Assembly: GCA_020428405.1 (NCBI GenBank)
Contig: JAGQMZ010000003.1
Coordinates: 1 to 24,000, forward strand
DNA: 24,000 nt
Direction of reading: 5' to 3'
Source: Candidatus Saccharimonadota bacterium
GTDB taxonomy: Bacteria > Patescibacteriota > Saccharimonadia > Saccharimonadales > JAGQNJ01
Both the position numbers and the translations under genes were made by a program. How positions within the stretch are numbered: the stretch's first letter is position 1; every line of letters begins with the position of its first letter. This document shows, piece by piece, positions 16,269 to 24,000 of this stretch. The notes under the pieces were generated by a model. The model saw only the letters and a list, made by a program, of their open reading frames with translations, did not search any database and was not told the origin of the DNA.

Positions 16269-16978
16269 TGGTTCAATTCAATTTATTACCAGATGTAAAA
16301 CTAGAGTATGTTAAAACACAAAGGACTAAGCGGCTAGTTATATTTGGTGCACTTGGTGTTACAGGTATTTGTGTATTTATACTTGTTTTGCTATTTATGC
16401 TAGTAAATGTATTTCAAAGACAACATATAGGTAATTTGAATGACGACATCAAACAATATACAGCTGATTTAGAAAAAGTACCCGAGTTAGACGAAGTTCT
16501 TACTATACAGAACCAACTAAACGTATTGAATGGATTACACGAACAAAAACCTGCAGCACAGCGAATATACGATTACCTTGTACAGTTAACACCTTCAGAT
16601 GCCAAACTATCTGAAGTCTCTATAAATTATGAGGAAAACACCATTTCACTTAGTGGGTCAGCAACTAGCCTACAAGTTATAAATAAATTTGTTGATACCG
16701 TAAAATTTACTGAATATCAGTATGATGATGCAAAAGACCGTGCGTTTTCAAATGTAGTACTATCTAGTTACGGAATTAGCGAGAGTGACTCTGCTCAAGA
16801 AAGAACATCTTACACCATTGATCTTATATACGATCCAGTGATATTTGATAACACAAAAGCTGTTACACTTGTTGTTCCACCAATTATATCTACTAGATCC
16901 ATAACCGAAAAGCCACAAGACTTATTTGAGCCAAAGCCTATAGAAAATCCTATAGATGGAAACGGAGGAACTCAATAA
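16268..16978 (+). CDS. pilN: Type IV pilus assembly protein PilN-like
   Basis: The N-terminal FNLLPD motif (the PilM-binding INLLP-type peptide) is followed by a single TM helix. It has TAATG coupling with pilM. Confidence 0.75.
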   Translation: MVQFNLLPDVKLEYVKTQRTKRLVIFGALGVTGICVFILVLLFMLVNVFQRQHIGNLNDDIKQYTADLEKVPELDEVLTIQNQLNVLNGLHEQKPAAQRIYDYLVQLTPSDAKLSEVSINYEENTISLSGSATSLQVINKFVDTVKFTEYQYDDAKDRAFSNVVLSSYGISESDSAQERTSYTIDLIYDPVIFDNTKAVTLVVPPIISTRSITEKPQDLFEPKPIENPIDGNGGTQ

Positions 16979-17649
16979 TGGCAAAAAGTGCAGGCACAGG
17001 AAAAAGAGACCTAATAGGCAAGACAAACTCAAAAATGGTTGCTACTGTTGCCATAGCAGCTTTCTTGAGCGTATTTTCTTTAATTGCAGCTAGAGCTTTA
17101 TGGAGTCAAAGAGGCTATCAGTCTAGAGTGATAGGAGAAAAAGAAAAAGCCGTAAGTCAGCTTGAAGAAAATATAAAAGCAGTTGAAGAGCTTGAGGTAT
17201 CTTATAGAGCATTTGTAGAAACGCAAGATAATGTTATTGGTGGTAACTCTCAAGCTCTTGGCGATCGTGATGGTGATAATGCAAAAATTGTGCTAGATGC
17301 ATTGCCGAGCAAGTATGATTACCCGGCTCTTATAACCAGTATGGAGAAGTTGCTTGCAGAAAATAACTTTACTCTAAAGTCAATTGGTGGCCAAGATGAT
17401 GAAATCGCTCAAGCAGAATCAAGTTCAGCAGAGCCAGTCATGGTTCCGTTTAGCTTAACTAGCGAGGTCGGTAATTACGTCCGTGTAAATGAACTATTAC
17501 AAACTCTTTACCGTTCAATCAGGCCAATACACTACAAGAATTTAAATATTAGTGGTAGTGGAGAGTCTGCCTTGGAGGTTAGTGTAGACGGGTTTACGTA
17601 CTATCAGCCTTCAAAAGAGTTCAAGGTAGATACAAAGGTGGTTAAGTAA
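16978..17649 (+). CDS. pilO: Type IV pilus assembly protein PilO-like
   Basis: 223 aa with one TM helix, a coiled-coil segment (EKEKAVSQLEENIKAVEELE) and a position after pilN. It has TAATG coupling with pilN. Confidence 0.65.
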   Translation: MAKSAGTGKRDLIGKTNSKMVATVAIAAFLSVFSLIAARALWSQRGYQSRVIGEKEKAVSQLEENIKAVEELEVSYRAFVETQDNVIGGNSQALGDRDGDNAKIVLDALPSKYDYPALITSMEKLLAENNFTLKSIGGQDDEIAQAESSSAEPVMVPFSLTSEVGNYVRVNELLQTLYRSIRPIHYKNLNISGSGESALEVSVDGFTYYQPSKEFKVDTKVVK

Positions 17650-17886
17650 ATGAAACAAAAAGACATAGCACTTATAATAGTAATCTCATTTATATCTGGC
17701 ATACTTTCTTTCTTTCTAACTAATTTGCTCATTACAAACCCAGAGAACAGGCAAGAAGAAGTAGAAGTTGTAGAACCTATATCAAGCACATTTACAGAAC
17801 CAGATACCAGATATTTTAACGCTGAAGCTATTAACCCAACTCAACTTATACAAATTGGTAATCAAGATAATCAACAGCCTCTTTAG
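17650..17886 (+). CDS. Small single-pass membrane protein in the pilus operon (78 aa)
   Basis: Its ATG follows directly after the pilO stop. It has one TM helix (IALIIVISFISGILSFFLTNLLI) and a Gln/Asn-rich tail. I recognise no family. Confidence 0.5.
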   Translation: MKQKDIALIIVISFISGILSFFLTNLLITNPENRQEEVEVVEPISSTFTEPDTRYFNAEAINPTQLIQIGNQDNQQPL

Positions 17887-17904
17887 TGGTGGGAGCGTGA
17901 GCTC

Positions 17905-19722
17905 ATGAGCGTGTTATCTACCGAAGTACAAAAAAAGGTTGAGAAAGCCATAGTTGATCAAGGCTTGTTGACAGCACAAAAAATTGCCCAACTAAAAGAT
18001 AAGGCTGACAATGACAATACTCCTTTCTTTTCACTTTTAATTAAAGAAGATAACATTTCTGACGAATTGCTGACAAAGATGACTGCTAGCGCCTCGGGCG
18101 TGCCCTATGTTAATCTTTCTAATGCTAAAATTAAAGCACAAGTATTACAGTTGCTCCCATATGAAATGGCTGAACGGTATATGGCTGTGCCTTTGGGGGA
18201 GATGGAGCACAGATTGGTTGTTGCAATGCTTGATTCTGATAACGTTCAAGCTATAGATTTTTTGTCTAATAAAATCGGTAGACCCATACGTGTATTTGCC
18301 GCAAGTGAATCAGGTATCAGGCACGTTCTTATGCAATACAAGACTGCTTCAAAGCCAGGAATGACCAACGCCTATGAAGAAGCAAGTACTGGAATTGAAA
18401 TACCAGAAGAATTTAAACGTGCGGCAAGAGCCGAACAAGCTGAACAAGACCAATCTAATCAGGCTATAAAAACCCTGTCTCAAGATTCACCAATAAGCAA
18501 AGTTTTATCAGCCATTTTAGAATATGCAGCCAATAATGGAGCTAGTGATATTCATATAGAGCCTACAGAAAAAGACTTAAGAATTAGGTGTAGAATTGAC
18601 GGTGTATTGCGTGAAATCATGAGGTTGCCCAAATCAACAGAACCACCGCTAGTTTCTCGCGTAAAGATACTAGCTAGTCTTAAGATTGATGAGCATAGGT
18701 TGCCACAAGATGGTCAATTTACCGTAAGTGTGGCTGATAAAAGTATTGATTTGCGTATAGCTATATCTCCTGTTGTTTGGGGCGAGCAGGTTGTTATTCG
18801 ATTACTTGATAAGTCTGGCACAAGCTTAAAATTAGAGGATATGGGCTATAAAGGGAGGGCGCTAAGATCAATCAGAGGAGCTCTTCAAAGTCCTAATGGA
18901 ATGGTATTAACATCTGGCCCAACTGGCTCTGGTAAGTCAACCTCTATGTACGCTTTACTGCAAGAAATTAAAAACGACACAATAAATATTGTAACTCTTG
19001 AAGACCCTGTTGAGTACAAAATGAACGGCATTAACCAAATACAAGTTAATACAGATATTGGCTTAACTTTTGCATCAGGCCTTCGTTCTGTACTTAGGCA
19101 GGACCCTAATGTTGTTATGGTAGGTGAGATTCGTGACAAAGAAACCGCTACACTAGCTGTACAGGCTGCATTAACTGGCCACTTAGTGTTTTCTACACTT
19201 CATACAAACTCAGCTGCTGGTATTTTGCCAAGACTGCTAGATATGGGCATAGAGCCTTTTTTGATAGCTTCAACTGTACGTACAGTTATTGGCCAGCGTC
19301 TTGTTAGAAGATTAGCTGATGGGGCAGAACAGTATCAATCTAATAGTGCAGAAGTACAAGCAATTAACAAGGTTCTAGGTAGTATGCTGCCTAAAACTAA
19401 GCAAGACGTTCCAAAAATTGCCGAGGATCTTGGGTATAAAACCTTGCCTATGCAGGGTCAAAACGCTTATACTTTATTTAAGGGCAAAGAAACTGCCTCT
19501 GCACCTGGTGGCTATAAAGGAAGAATGGGCTTGTACGAGGTCTTTGATGTAACGCCAGAGATCCAGCAACTTATTCTAAAGCGCGCTACTAGTAGTGAAA
19601 TTCAAAAACTAGCCATTCAACAGGGGATGGTAAGTATGCGCCAAGACGGATACTTAAAAGCGCTAGCTGGCCACACTACATTATCAGAAGTTGATAGAGT
19701 AGCTGCAGAGGATAGTGCCTAA
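17905..19722 (+). CDS. pilB: Type IV pilus assembly (extension) ATPase PilB / GspE family
   Basis: 605 aa. It has a T2SSE_N-like N-terminal domain, Walker A GPTGSGKST, an Asp box (TLEDPVEY), Walker B (VVMVGEIRD) and a His box (TGHLVFSTLHTN). Confidence 0.92.
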   Translation: MSVLSTEVQKKVEKAIVDQGLLTAQKIAQLKDKADNDNTPFFSLLIKEDNISDELLTKMTASASGVPYVNLSNAKIKAQVLQLLPYEMAERYMAVPLGEMEHRLVVAMLDSDNVQAIDFLSNKIGRPIRVFAASESGIRHVLMQYKTASKPGMTNAYEEASTGIEIPEEFKRAARAEQAEQDQSNQAIKTLSQDSPISKVLSAILEYAANNGASDIHIEPTEKDLRIRCRIDGVLREIMRLPKSTEPPLVSRVKILASLKIDEHRLPQDGQFTVSVADKSIDLRIAISPVVWGEQVVIRLLDKSGTSLKLEDMGYKGRALRSIRGALQSPNGMVLTSGPTGSGKSTSMYALLQEIKNDTINIVTLEDPVEYKMNGINQIQVNTDIGLTFASGLRSVLRQDPNVVMVGEIRDKETATLAVQAALTGHLVFSTLHTNSAAGILPRLLDMGIEPFLIASTVRTVIGQRLVRRLADGAEQYQSNSAEVQAINKVLGSMLPKTKQDVPKIAEDLGYKTLPMQGQNAYTLFKGKETASAPGGYKGRMGLYEVFDVTPEIQQLILKRATSSEIQKLAIQQGMVSMRQDGYLKALAGHTTLSEVDRVAAEDSA

Positions 19723-19734
19723 AATAAGAAAGCG

Positions 19735-20814
19735 GTGGGAAGAAATATGGAATCACAACCAAGAATAGAATTACTACTAGAAGAAGTTGTAAAGCGTAAA
19801 GCATCAGATCTTCACCTTCAAGTAGGCTTGACGCCAATGCTAAGAATTGACGGTAAGCTTACACCAACACCTGGCACTCAGGTATTGAACGAAGAAGCTG
19901 TAGAGGCTTTGGTTTTTTCTATCCTGGATGAAGACCAAAAACAAATTTTGCTTAAAGATAAAGAGTTTGATTTCAGTTTTGCCTTTGGTGATCTTGGCCG
20001 GTTTCGTGTAAATGCTTTCCATGAGCGTGGTAATCTTGCGGCAGCCTTGCGTTTAATTCCTAACGAGCTATTAAGTGTAGAGCAGCTAGGCTTGCCAACC
20101 GTTGTAAATAAATTTGCCCAGCATCCTAGGGGTCTTGTGCTTGTAACTGGGCCAACTGGTTCTGGTAAGTCCACTACTTTGGCGGCTCTTGTAGATAAAA
20201 TCAATAGCGAGCGAGCGGAACACATTATTACTATTGAAGATCCAATTGAATTTACTCATAAATCTAAGAAGTCTGTTGTTGTACAAAGAGAAGTCCACTA
20301 CGATACTTATTCGTTCTCGGCAGCTCTGCGTAGTACCTTGCGTGAAGACCCAGATGTAGTGCTTATTGGCGAGATGCGAGACCTAGAGACTATAGCCTCG
20401 GCAATTACTATTGCCGAAACGGGCCATTTAGTTTTTGCAACGCTTCATACCAACTCGGCAGCGCAGAGTATCGACCGTATGATTGACGTATTTCCACCGC
20501 ATCAACAACCGCAAATCAGGGCTCAGCTTTCTAACATATTAATGGCAATTTGTTCACAGAGGTTGATTCCTTCAATCGGTGGCGGGCGTGTAGCGGCAGC
20601 AGAAATTTTAATAGCAACACCTGCCGTAAGAAACATTATCCGTGAGGGCAAGAGCCACCAGCTAGAGGCTGTTATTCAAACAGGTGCAGAGTTTGGCATG
20701 CAATCTATGGATAAAACACTGGTAGAACTTATTCATTCAGGAACAATTACGTACGACGAAGCTCGCAATTATGCCGTTGATCTAGGGGAATTAGACAGGT
20801 TAATGAGGGGTTAA
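19735..20814 (+). CDS. pilT: Twitching-motility (retraction) ATPase PilT
   Basis: It has Walker A GPTGSGKST, TIEDPIEF, LIGEMRD, TGHLVFATLHTN and a PilT-type AxRNxIRE motif (PAVRNIIREGK). The start could instead be the ATG at 19747 (MESQPRIELL...). Confidence 0.92.
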   Translation: MGRNMESQPRIELLLEEVVKRKASDLHLQVGLTPMLRIDGKLTPTPGTQVLNEEAVEALVFSILDEDQKQILLKDKEFDFSFAFGDLGRFRVNAFHERGNLAAALRLIPNELLSVEQLGLPTVVNKFAQHPRGLVLVTGPTGSGKSTTLAALVDKINSERAEHIITIEDPIEFTHKSKKSVVVQREVHYDTYSFSAALRSTLREDPDVVLIGEMRDLETIASAITIAETGHLVFATLHTNSAAQSIDRMIDVFPPHQQPQIRAQLSNILMAICSQRLIPSIGGGRVAAAEILIATPAVRNIIREGKSHQLEAVIQTGAEFGMQSMDKTLVELIHSGTITYDEARNYAVDLGELDRLMRG

Positions 20815-20818
20815 ATGA

Positions 20819-22033
20819 ATGTTAACGTTTAAGTATACGGCACGAGACCCGGCAACTAAGAAGAAAATTATAGCAGAAGTAGATGCAGATAACGAAAAAT
20901 CCGCAGCAAAAATTATTCGCGATCAAGGCCTTATTCCGGTTTCGGTAACGGCAAATAAAGAGGGTGGACTGTTTTCTAAGTTTAAGAATCGCATTAGCAC
21001 AAAAGATAAAGTATTGTTTTCTCGCCAACTTTCAACACTTATAAATGCGGGATTGCCATTAGTGCAATCTTTGCGCAATGTATCTGGGCAAACTCAAAAT
21101 AAAGCTTTTCAGGCAGTTATTGCTAAAATTATTACTGATATTGAGGCAGGCAGTAGCTTTCATGAAGCGCTAGCTAAGCACCCCAAAGTATTTAATGACG
21201 TCTTTGTAAACTTAGTTGCAGCAGGTGAGGCCTCGGGTACCCTAGATAAAGCGCTTGCCCGTTTAGCAGACCAGCAAGAAAAAGACGCCGAGATTGTTCG
21301 CAAAATTCGCGGTGCTATGGTTTATCCAGTTATTGTTCTTGTAGTAATGGTTGCTGTGGTTGGTTTTATGATATTAACCGTAATGCCACAGGTAGAAAAA
21401 ATATACGCAGACTTACCGGGGGCCAGCTTACCGTTAATAACGCGTGTTCTTATTGCTATAGCAAACTTTACAACCAAATATTGGTGGATTGTCTTAATAG
21501 CATTAGCACTTACGGCATTTTTTACTACCAGATGGGCAAGAAGCTTAGGTGGTAAAGAAGCAATAGACAAAGCAAAGATGAGAATGCCCGTTTTTGGCCC
21601 ACTATTTATGAAGGTTTACATGGCTCGTTTTACCAGAACGGGTGCAACATTAGTAGCAAGCGGCGTTCCACTTATACAAATGCTAGAGATTGTAGGTAGA
21701 GCTATAAATAATATTCACCTTGAACGTTCAATAAATAAAATCATAGAAAAGGTAAAAGGTGGTAAGGCCCTATCAGAGTCTATAAAGGGTGACGATAACT
21801 TTTTAACCTTAGTTCCAGACATGATTAGAATAGGTGAACAATCGGGCTCTTTAGAGGATATGTTAGAGCGTACAGCGGAGTATTATGAAAAGGAAGTAGA
21901 CCAACAAATAAAGACCATCTCGACAATTATAGAGCCTATATTAATGGTTTTGCTTGGTGTTGTTGCATTCGGTATTGTTGCCGCCGTGTTATTGCCAGTT
22001 TACGGATTAGTAAATCAGACTAATATTGTTTGA
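20819..22033 (+). CDS. pilC: Type IV pilus platform protein PilC (GspF family)
   Basis: 404 aa with two GspF-type repeats (FSRQLSTLINAGLPLVQSL and FTRTGATLVASGVPLIQML) and three TM segments. Confidence 0.92.
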   Translation: MLTFKYTARDPATKKKIIAEVDADNEKSAAKIIRDQGLIPVSVTANKEGGLFSKFKNRISTKDKVLFSRQLSTLINAGLPLVQSLRNVSGQTQNKAFQAVIAKIITDIEAGSSFHEALAKHPKVFNDVFVNLVAAGEASGTLDKALARLADQQEKDAEIVRKIRGAMVYPVIVLVVMVAVVGFMILTVMPQVEKIYADLPGASLPLITRVLIAIANFTTKYWWIVLIALALTAFFTTRWARSLGGKEAIDKAKMRMPVFGPLFMKVYMARFTRTGATLVASGVPLIQMLEIVGRAINNIHLERSINKIIEKVKGGKALSESIKGDDNFLTLVPDMIRIGEQSGSLEDMLERTAEYYEKEVDQQIKTISTIIEPILMVLLGVVAFGIVAAVLLPVYGLVNQTNIV

Positions 22034-22062
22034 GGGTTTAGGGCCTGTCTGTGTAAAAATAC

Positions 22063-22091
22063 TTGCATTTATACCAAAATACTAATAATAT
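22063..22091 (+). promoter_or_regulatory. Sigma70-type promoter TTGCAT-N17-TAATAT for pilin gene 1
   Basis: TTGCAT at 22063-22068 and TAATAT at 22086-22091. The leader contains an AAGCAT/ATGCTT hairpin (22095-22113) and the RBS AAGGGGG. Confidence 0.55.
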
Positions 22092-22138
22092 TCTAAGCAT
22101 AAGCAACATGCTTTAAAAAACACCATAAGGGGGAATAA

Positions 22139-22612
22139 ATGTTACAAAAATATAAAGATAAGAAAGACCAGGGATTCACCATCATCGAGGTGTTGATTGT
22201 GCTTGCCATAGCTGGCCTAATCATCTTGATTGTGTTCTTGGCCGTACCTGCGCTTCAGCGTAACTCACGTAATACGCAGCGCCGAAACGACGTCAGCGCA
22301 ATATTGGGCTCAATTCAAGAGTTTTCCAACAATAATGGAGGCGATTTACCGACCGCTACTGATAAGTCAACAGTTCTAGCGAATGCCGAACGAGGCATAT
22401 ATGAAGATGATGCTGCGATATCAATTAGTGGCTCAGTGCCAACAGCTCCAGCTGATGCATCAACACAACTTGAAACAGTTGATATCATCACTGGCGGTAC
22501 TTGCAGTAGCCCAACGACCGCCACTACAACGGGTGCGAGCAGCAGAGAGGTTGCCATCCGCTTCTGGGTAGAAACTTCAGGCGCACCTCAGGAACAATGT
22601 CAAGCTAGCTAA
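22139..22612 (+). CDS. pilA: Type IV pilin (probable major pilin)
   Basis: It has a class III signal peptide, a 12 aa leader ending in G and then FTIIEV (Glu at +5), followed by the hydrophobic helix LIVLAIAGLIILIVFLAV. A C-terminal Cys pair (C121, C154) brackets a Thr/Ser-rich patch. It has its own promoter, a strong RBS and a strong terminator. Confidence 0.9.
   Translation: MLQKYKDKKDQGFTIIEVLIVLAIAGLIILIVFLAVPALQRNSRNTQRRNDVSAILGSIQEFSNNNGGDLPTATDKSTVLANAERGIYEDDAAISISGSVPTAPADASTQLETVDIITGGTCSSPTTATTTGASSREVAIRFWVETSGAPQEQCQAS
22194..22278 (+). repeat. 85 bp perfect direct repeat, copy 1 (pilin N-terminal helix coding region)
   Basis: Identical to 22764-22848 at an offset of 570 bp. 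The flanks on both sides are mismatched. Confidence 0.9.
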
Positions 22613-22635
22613 AAAAGCGAAACTAGCAAATGACA

Positions 22636-22670
22636 AAATGAGCGGGGAGCCCCCCCGCTCATTTGTTTTT
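22636..22670 (+). terminator. Rho-independent terminator after pilin gene 1
   Basis: The 12 bp stem pairs AAATGAGCGGGG (22636-22647) with CCCCGCTCATTT (22653-22664) around a 5 nt loop. GTTTTT follows. Confidence 0.85.
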
Positions 22671-22673
22671 GAA

Positions 22674-22682
22674 TGCTATAAT
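22674..22682 (+). promoter_or_regulatory. Extended -10 promoter TGcTATAAT for pilin gene 2
   Basis: TG at 22674-22675 and TATAAT at 22677-22682, immediately after the terminator. Confidence 0.5.
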
Positions 22683-22708
22683 ATAAAACATAAGCAACGA
22701 GCAACAGC

Positions 22709-23104
22709 GTGCAAATTAATAACAACAAACGGGGCAATAATGCGTTTACTATCATAGAAGTTATGATTGTGCTTGCCATAGCTGGCCTAATCATCTTGAT
22801 TGTGTTCTTGGCCGTACCTGCGCTTCAGCGTAACTCACGTAATACGCAAAGAAAAGAAGGAATGTCTCTTGTTGTTTCTGCTTTTAAAGAGTGCTTGCGA
22901 AACCACCATAATAAGATTAGCAGCAATTGTGATTCTGAAACGCTCATGACGTCGTATATTACTTTTGATGAGCTAAAGATGTTTACTGGATATACATTTC
23001 CAAATCCAACATTAGATGAGTTTAACTCTGTAGATGGCGTATGTAGTGACACTAAGACTGACGTTGTGCCGGTGGCAGTAGGTCATTTTCGTACCTATAT
23101 TTAA
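22709..23104 (+). CDS. Type IV pilin paralogue (second, atypical pilin)
   Basis: GTG start. A 12 aa leader ends in Ala (KRGNNA) and is followed by FTIIEV and the same hydrophobic helix as pilin 1. The C-terminal domain is unrelated and has three Cys. Confidence 0.75.
   Translation: MQINNNKRGNNAFTIIEVMIVLAIAGLIILIVFLAVPALQRNSRNTQRKEGMSLVVSAFKECLRNHHNKISSNCDSETLMTSYITFDELKMFTGYTFPNPTLDEFNSVDGVCSDTKTDVVPVAVGHFRTYI
22764..22848 (+). repeat. 85 bp perfect direct repeat, copy 2
   Basis: Identical to 22194-22278. Confidence 0.9.
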
Positions 23105-23278
23105 TTGAGACAAGTGGCGTGCCTCAAAAGTAATGCTTAGGGGTACTTTATCTGAATAATTATATGAATAATACTATAATTGATTACAGTATTATTGTTA
23201 TTATCATCTGTTAATAATTGCTAACTTACCTTGCAACATAGGTACGCGTAGGGTTTTTTAAACAGTAACGTTTTATAT

Positions 23279-23284
23279 TATAAT
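23279..23284 (+). promoter_or_regulatory. -10 box TATAAT 7 nt upstream of the pilD ATG (leaderless architecture)
   Basis: TATAAT at 23279-23284, then AAAAAGA, then the ATG at 23292. There is no SD. Confidence 0.4.
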
Positions 23285-23291
23285 AAAAAGA

Positions 23292-24000
23292 ATGATTATA
23301 GCGGGGCTATTTATACTTGGTCTTATCTTTGGTAGCTTTATTAATGCTTTGGTGTGGCGTATAAAAAACAAAAAAGACTGGGTTAAAGACCGATCAATTT
23401 GCATAAACTGTAAGCATGAACTCCAGGCCAGATATCTTGTGCCAGTTTTTAGTTGGTTATGGCTAAAAGGTAAGTGCGCCTACTGTAAAAAGCCAATTTC
23501 ATGGCACTACCCAGCAATAGAGGTGTTTACTGGCATTGTATTTGCCGTTAGTTATGCGGCTTGGCAAGATGGCTTTTCTTTTCTGGGCATTGTGCTGTTT
23601 ATTTTATGGCTAAAAATAACTATCCTGCTGGTGGCGCTATTTTTATACGATATAAAGTGGATGTTGTTGCCTAATAAACTTGTTGGGCCATTAACGCTTG
23701 TAAGCGTCATTTATGTAAGCTTAAAAGCTTACGCCGTAGCTGATTGGCTAGTTGTGGTTAGTGCTATTGGCGGTGCCGTAGTCTTGGCGGGAATATTTTG
23801 GGCACTTTTTGAAGTATCTAGGGGTAAATGGATAGGCGGCGGTGATGTTAAAATTGCAGTGTCTCTTGGGCTACTTGCTGGGTCGATGCTCAATGCGTTT
23901 TTAGTTGTGTTTATTGCGTCTATAATGGGCACACTTATTGCTTTGCCTATGTTGCTTTCTAAGAAGGCTAAGGCTAATACTAAACTTCCTTTTGGTCCTT
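23292..24000 (+). CDS. pilD: Prepilin peptidase PilD (A24 aspartic peptidase), partial; continues past the window end
   Basis: Not in the ORF track because no stop lies in the window. My manual translation gives MIIAGLFILGLIFGSFINALVWRI...CINCKHEL...GKCAYCKKPISWHYPAIEVFTG, the Cys-rich N-terminal domain. It continues ...LFLYDIKWMLLPN (first catalytic Asp) and ...GGGDVKIAVSLG (second catalytic Asp). Confidence 0.88.
   Translation, partial: MIIAGLFILGLIFGSFINALVWRIKNKKDWVKDRSICINCKHELQARYLVPVFSWLWLKGKCAYCKKPISWHYPAIEVFTGIVFAVSYAAWQDGFSFLGIVLFILWLKITILLVALFLYDIKWMLLPNKLVGPLTLVSVIYVSLKAYAVADWLVVVSAIGGAVVLAGIFWALFEVSRGKWIGGGDVKIAVSLGLLAGSMLNAFLVVFIASIMGTLIALPMLLSKKAKANTKLPFGP

Noticed and set aside
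23105-23291. Terminator or hairpins in the AT-rich spacer between pilin 2 and pilD
   Set aside because: The inverted repeat AATAATACT/AGTATTATT (23167-23196) is AT-only with a 12 nt loop. The T-run at 23255-23260 is preceded by only a 5 bp stem. Both are too weak to call.
1-24000. Alternative genetic code (UGA recoding, as in some CPR lineages), CRISPR arrays, tRNA/rRNA genes and defence systems
   Set aside because: All recognisable genes are full length under code 11, and TGA terminates at least two ORFs (5364-5366 and 22031-22033). I saw no repeat-spacer periodicity, no tRNA-like sequences, and no nuclease, methylase or defence-type gene signatures.

Overview
This 24 kb window (about 40% GC) is densely coded, mostly on the + strand. 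It reads intact under the standard bacterial code: by my count TAA/TAG dominate and TGA ends only 2 of about 27 ORFs. Gene content suggests a small-genome monoderm-type bacterium, possibly Patescibacteria/CPR such as Saccharibacteria, but that placement is inference only.

The left half is housekeeping:
- a partial DUF3152-like Zn-metalloprotease and a lipoprotein
- rpsF-ssb-(orphan ORF)-rpsR, then efp
- a NUDIX-like hydrolase, tlyA and a class-A beta-lactamase-fold serine hydrolase
- a Crp/Fnr regulator, a PH-domain protein, ychF and a DUF1801 protein

The right half is a complete secretin-less type IV pilus locus: pilM-pilN-pilO-small TM ORF-pilB-pilT-pilC, two tandem pilins and a partial pilD.

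The most unusual region is 10037-15177, immediately upstream of that locus. It holds two tandem two-gene modules, each a small membrane-anchored protein followed by a roughly 700 aa secreted protein. The two large proteins have unrelated or very divergent N-terminal halves. They share an 867 bp, in-frame, 100% identical C-terminal tract with sharp boundaries.

The two pilin genes likewise share an 85 bp identical tract. Promoter regions across the locus share a CATAAGCA-containing motif.

Other points of interest:
- two heavily structured intergenic RNAs around an orphan Cys-rich ORF inside the rpsF-ssb-rpsR operon
- a recurrent leaderless-type promoter architecture
- a CRP-like operator next to the Crp/Fnr gene

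I recognised no CRISPR array, tRNA, rRNA, transposase or integrase.
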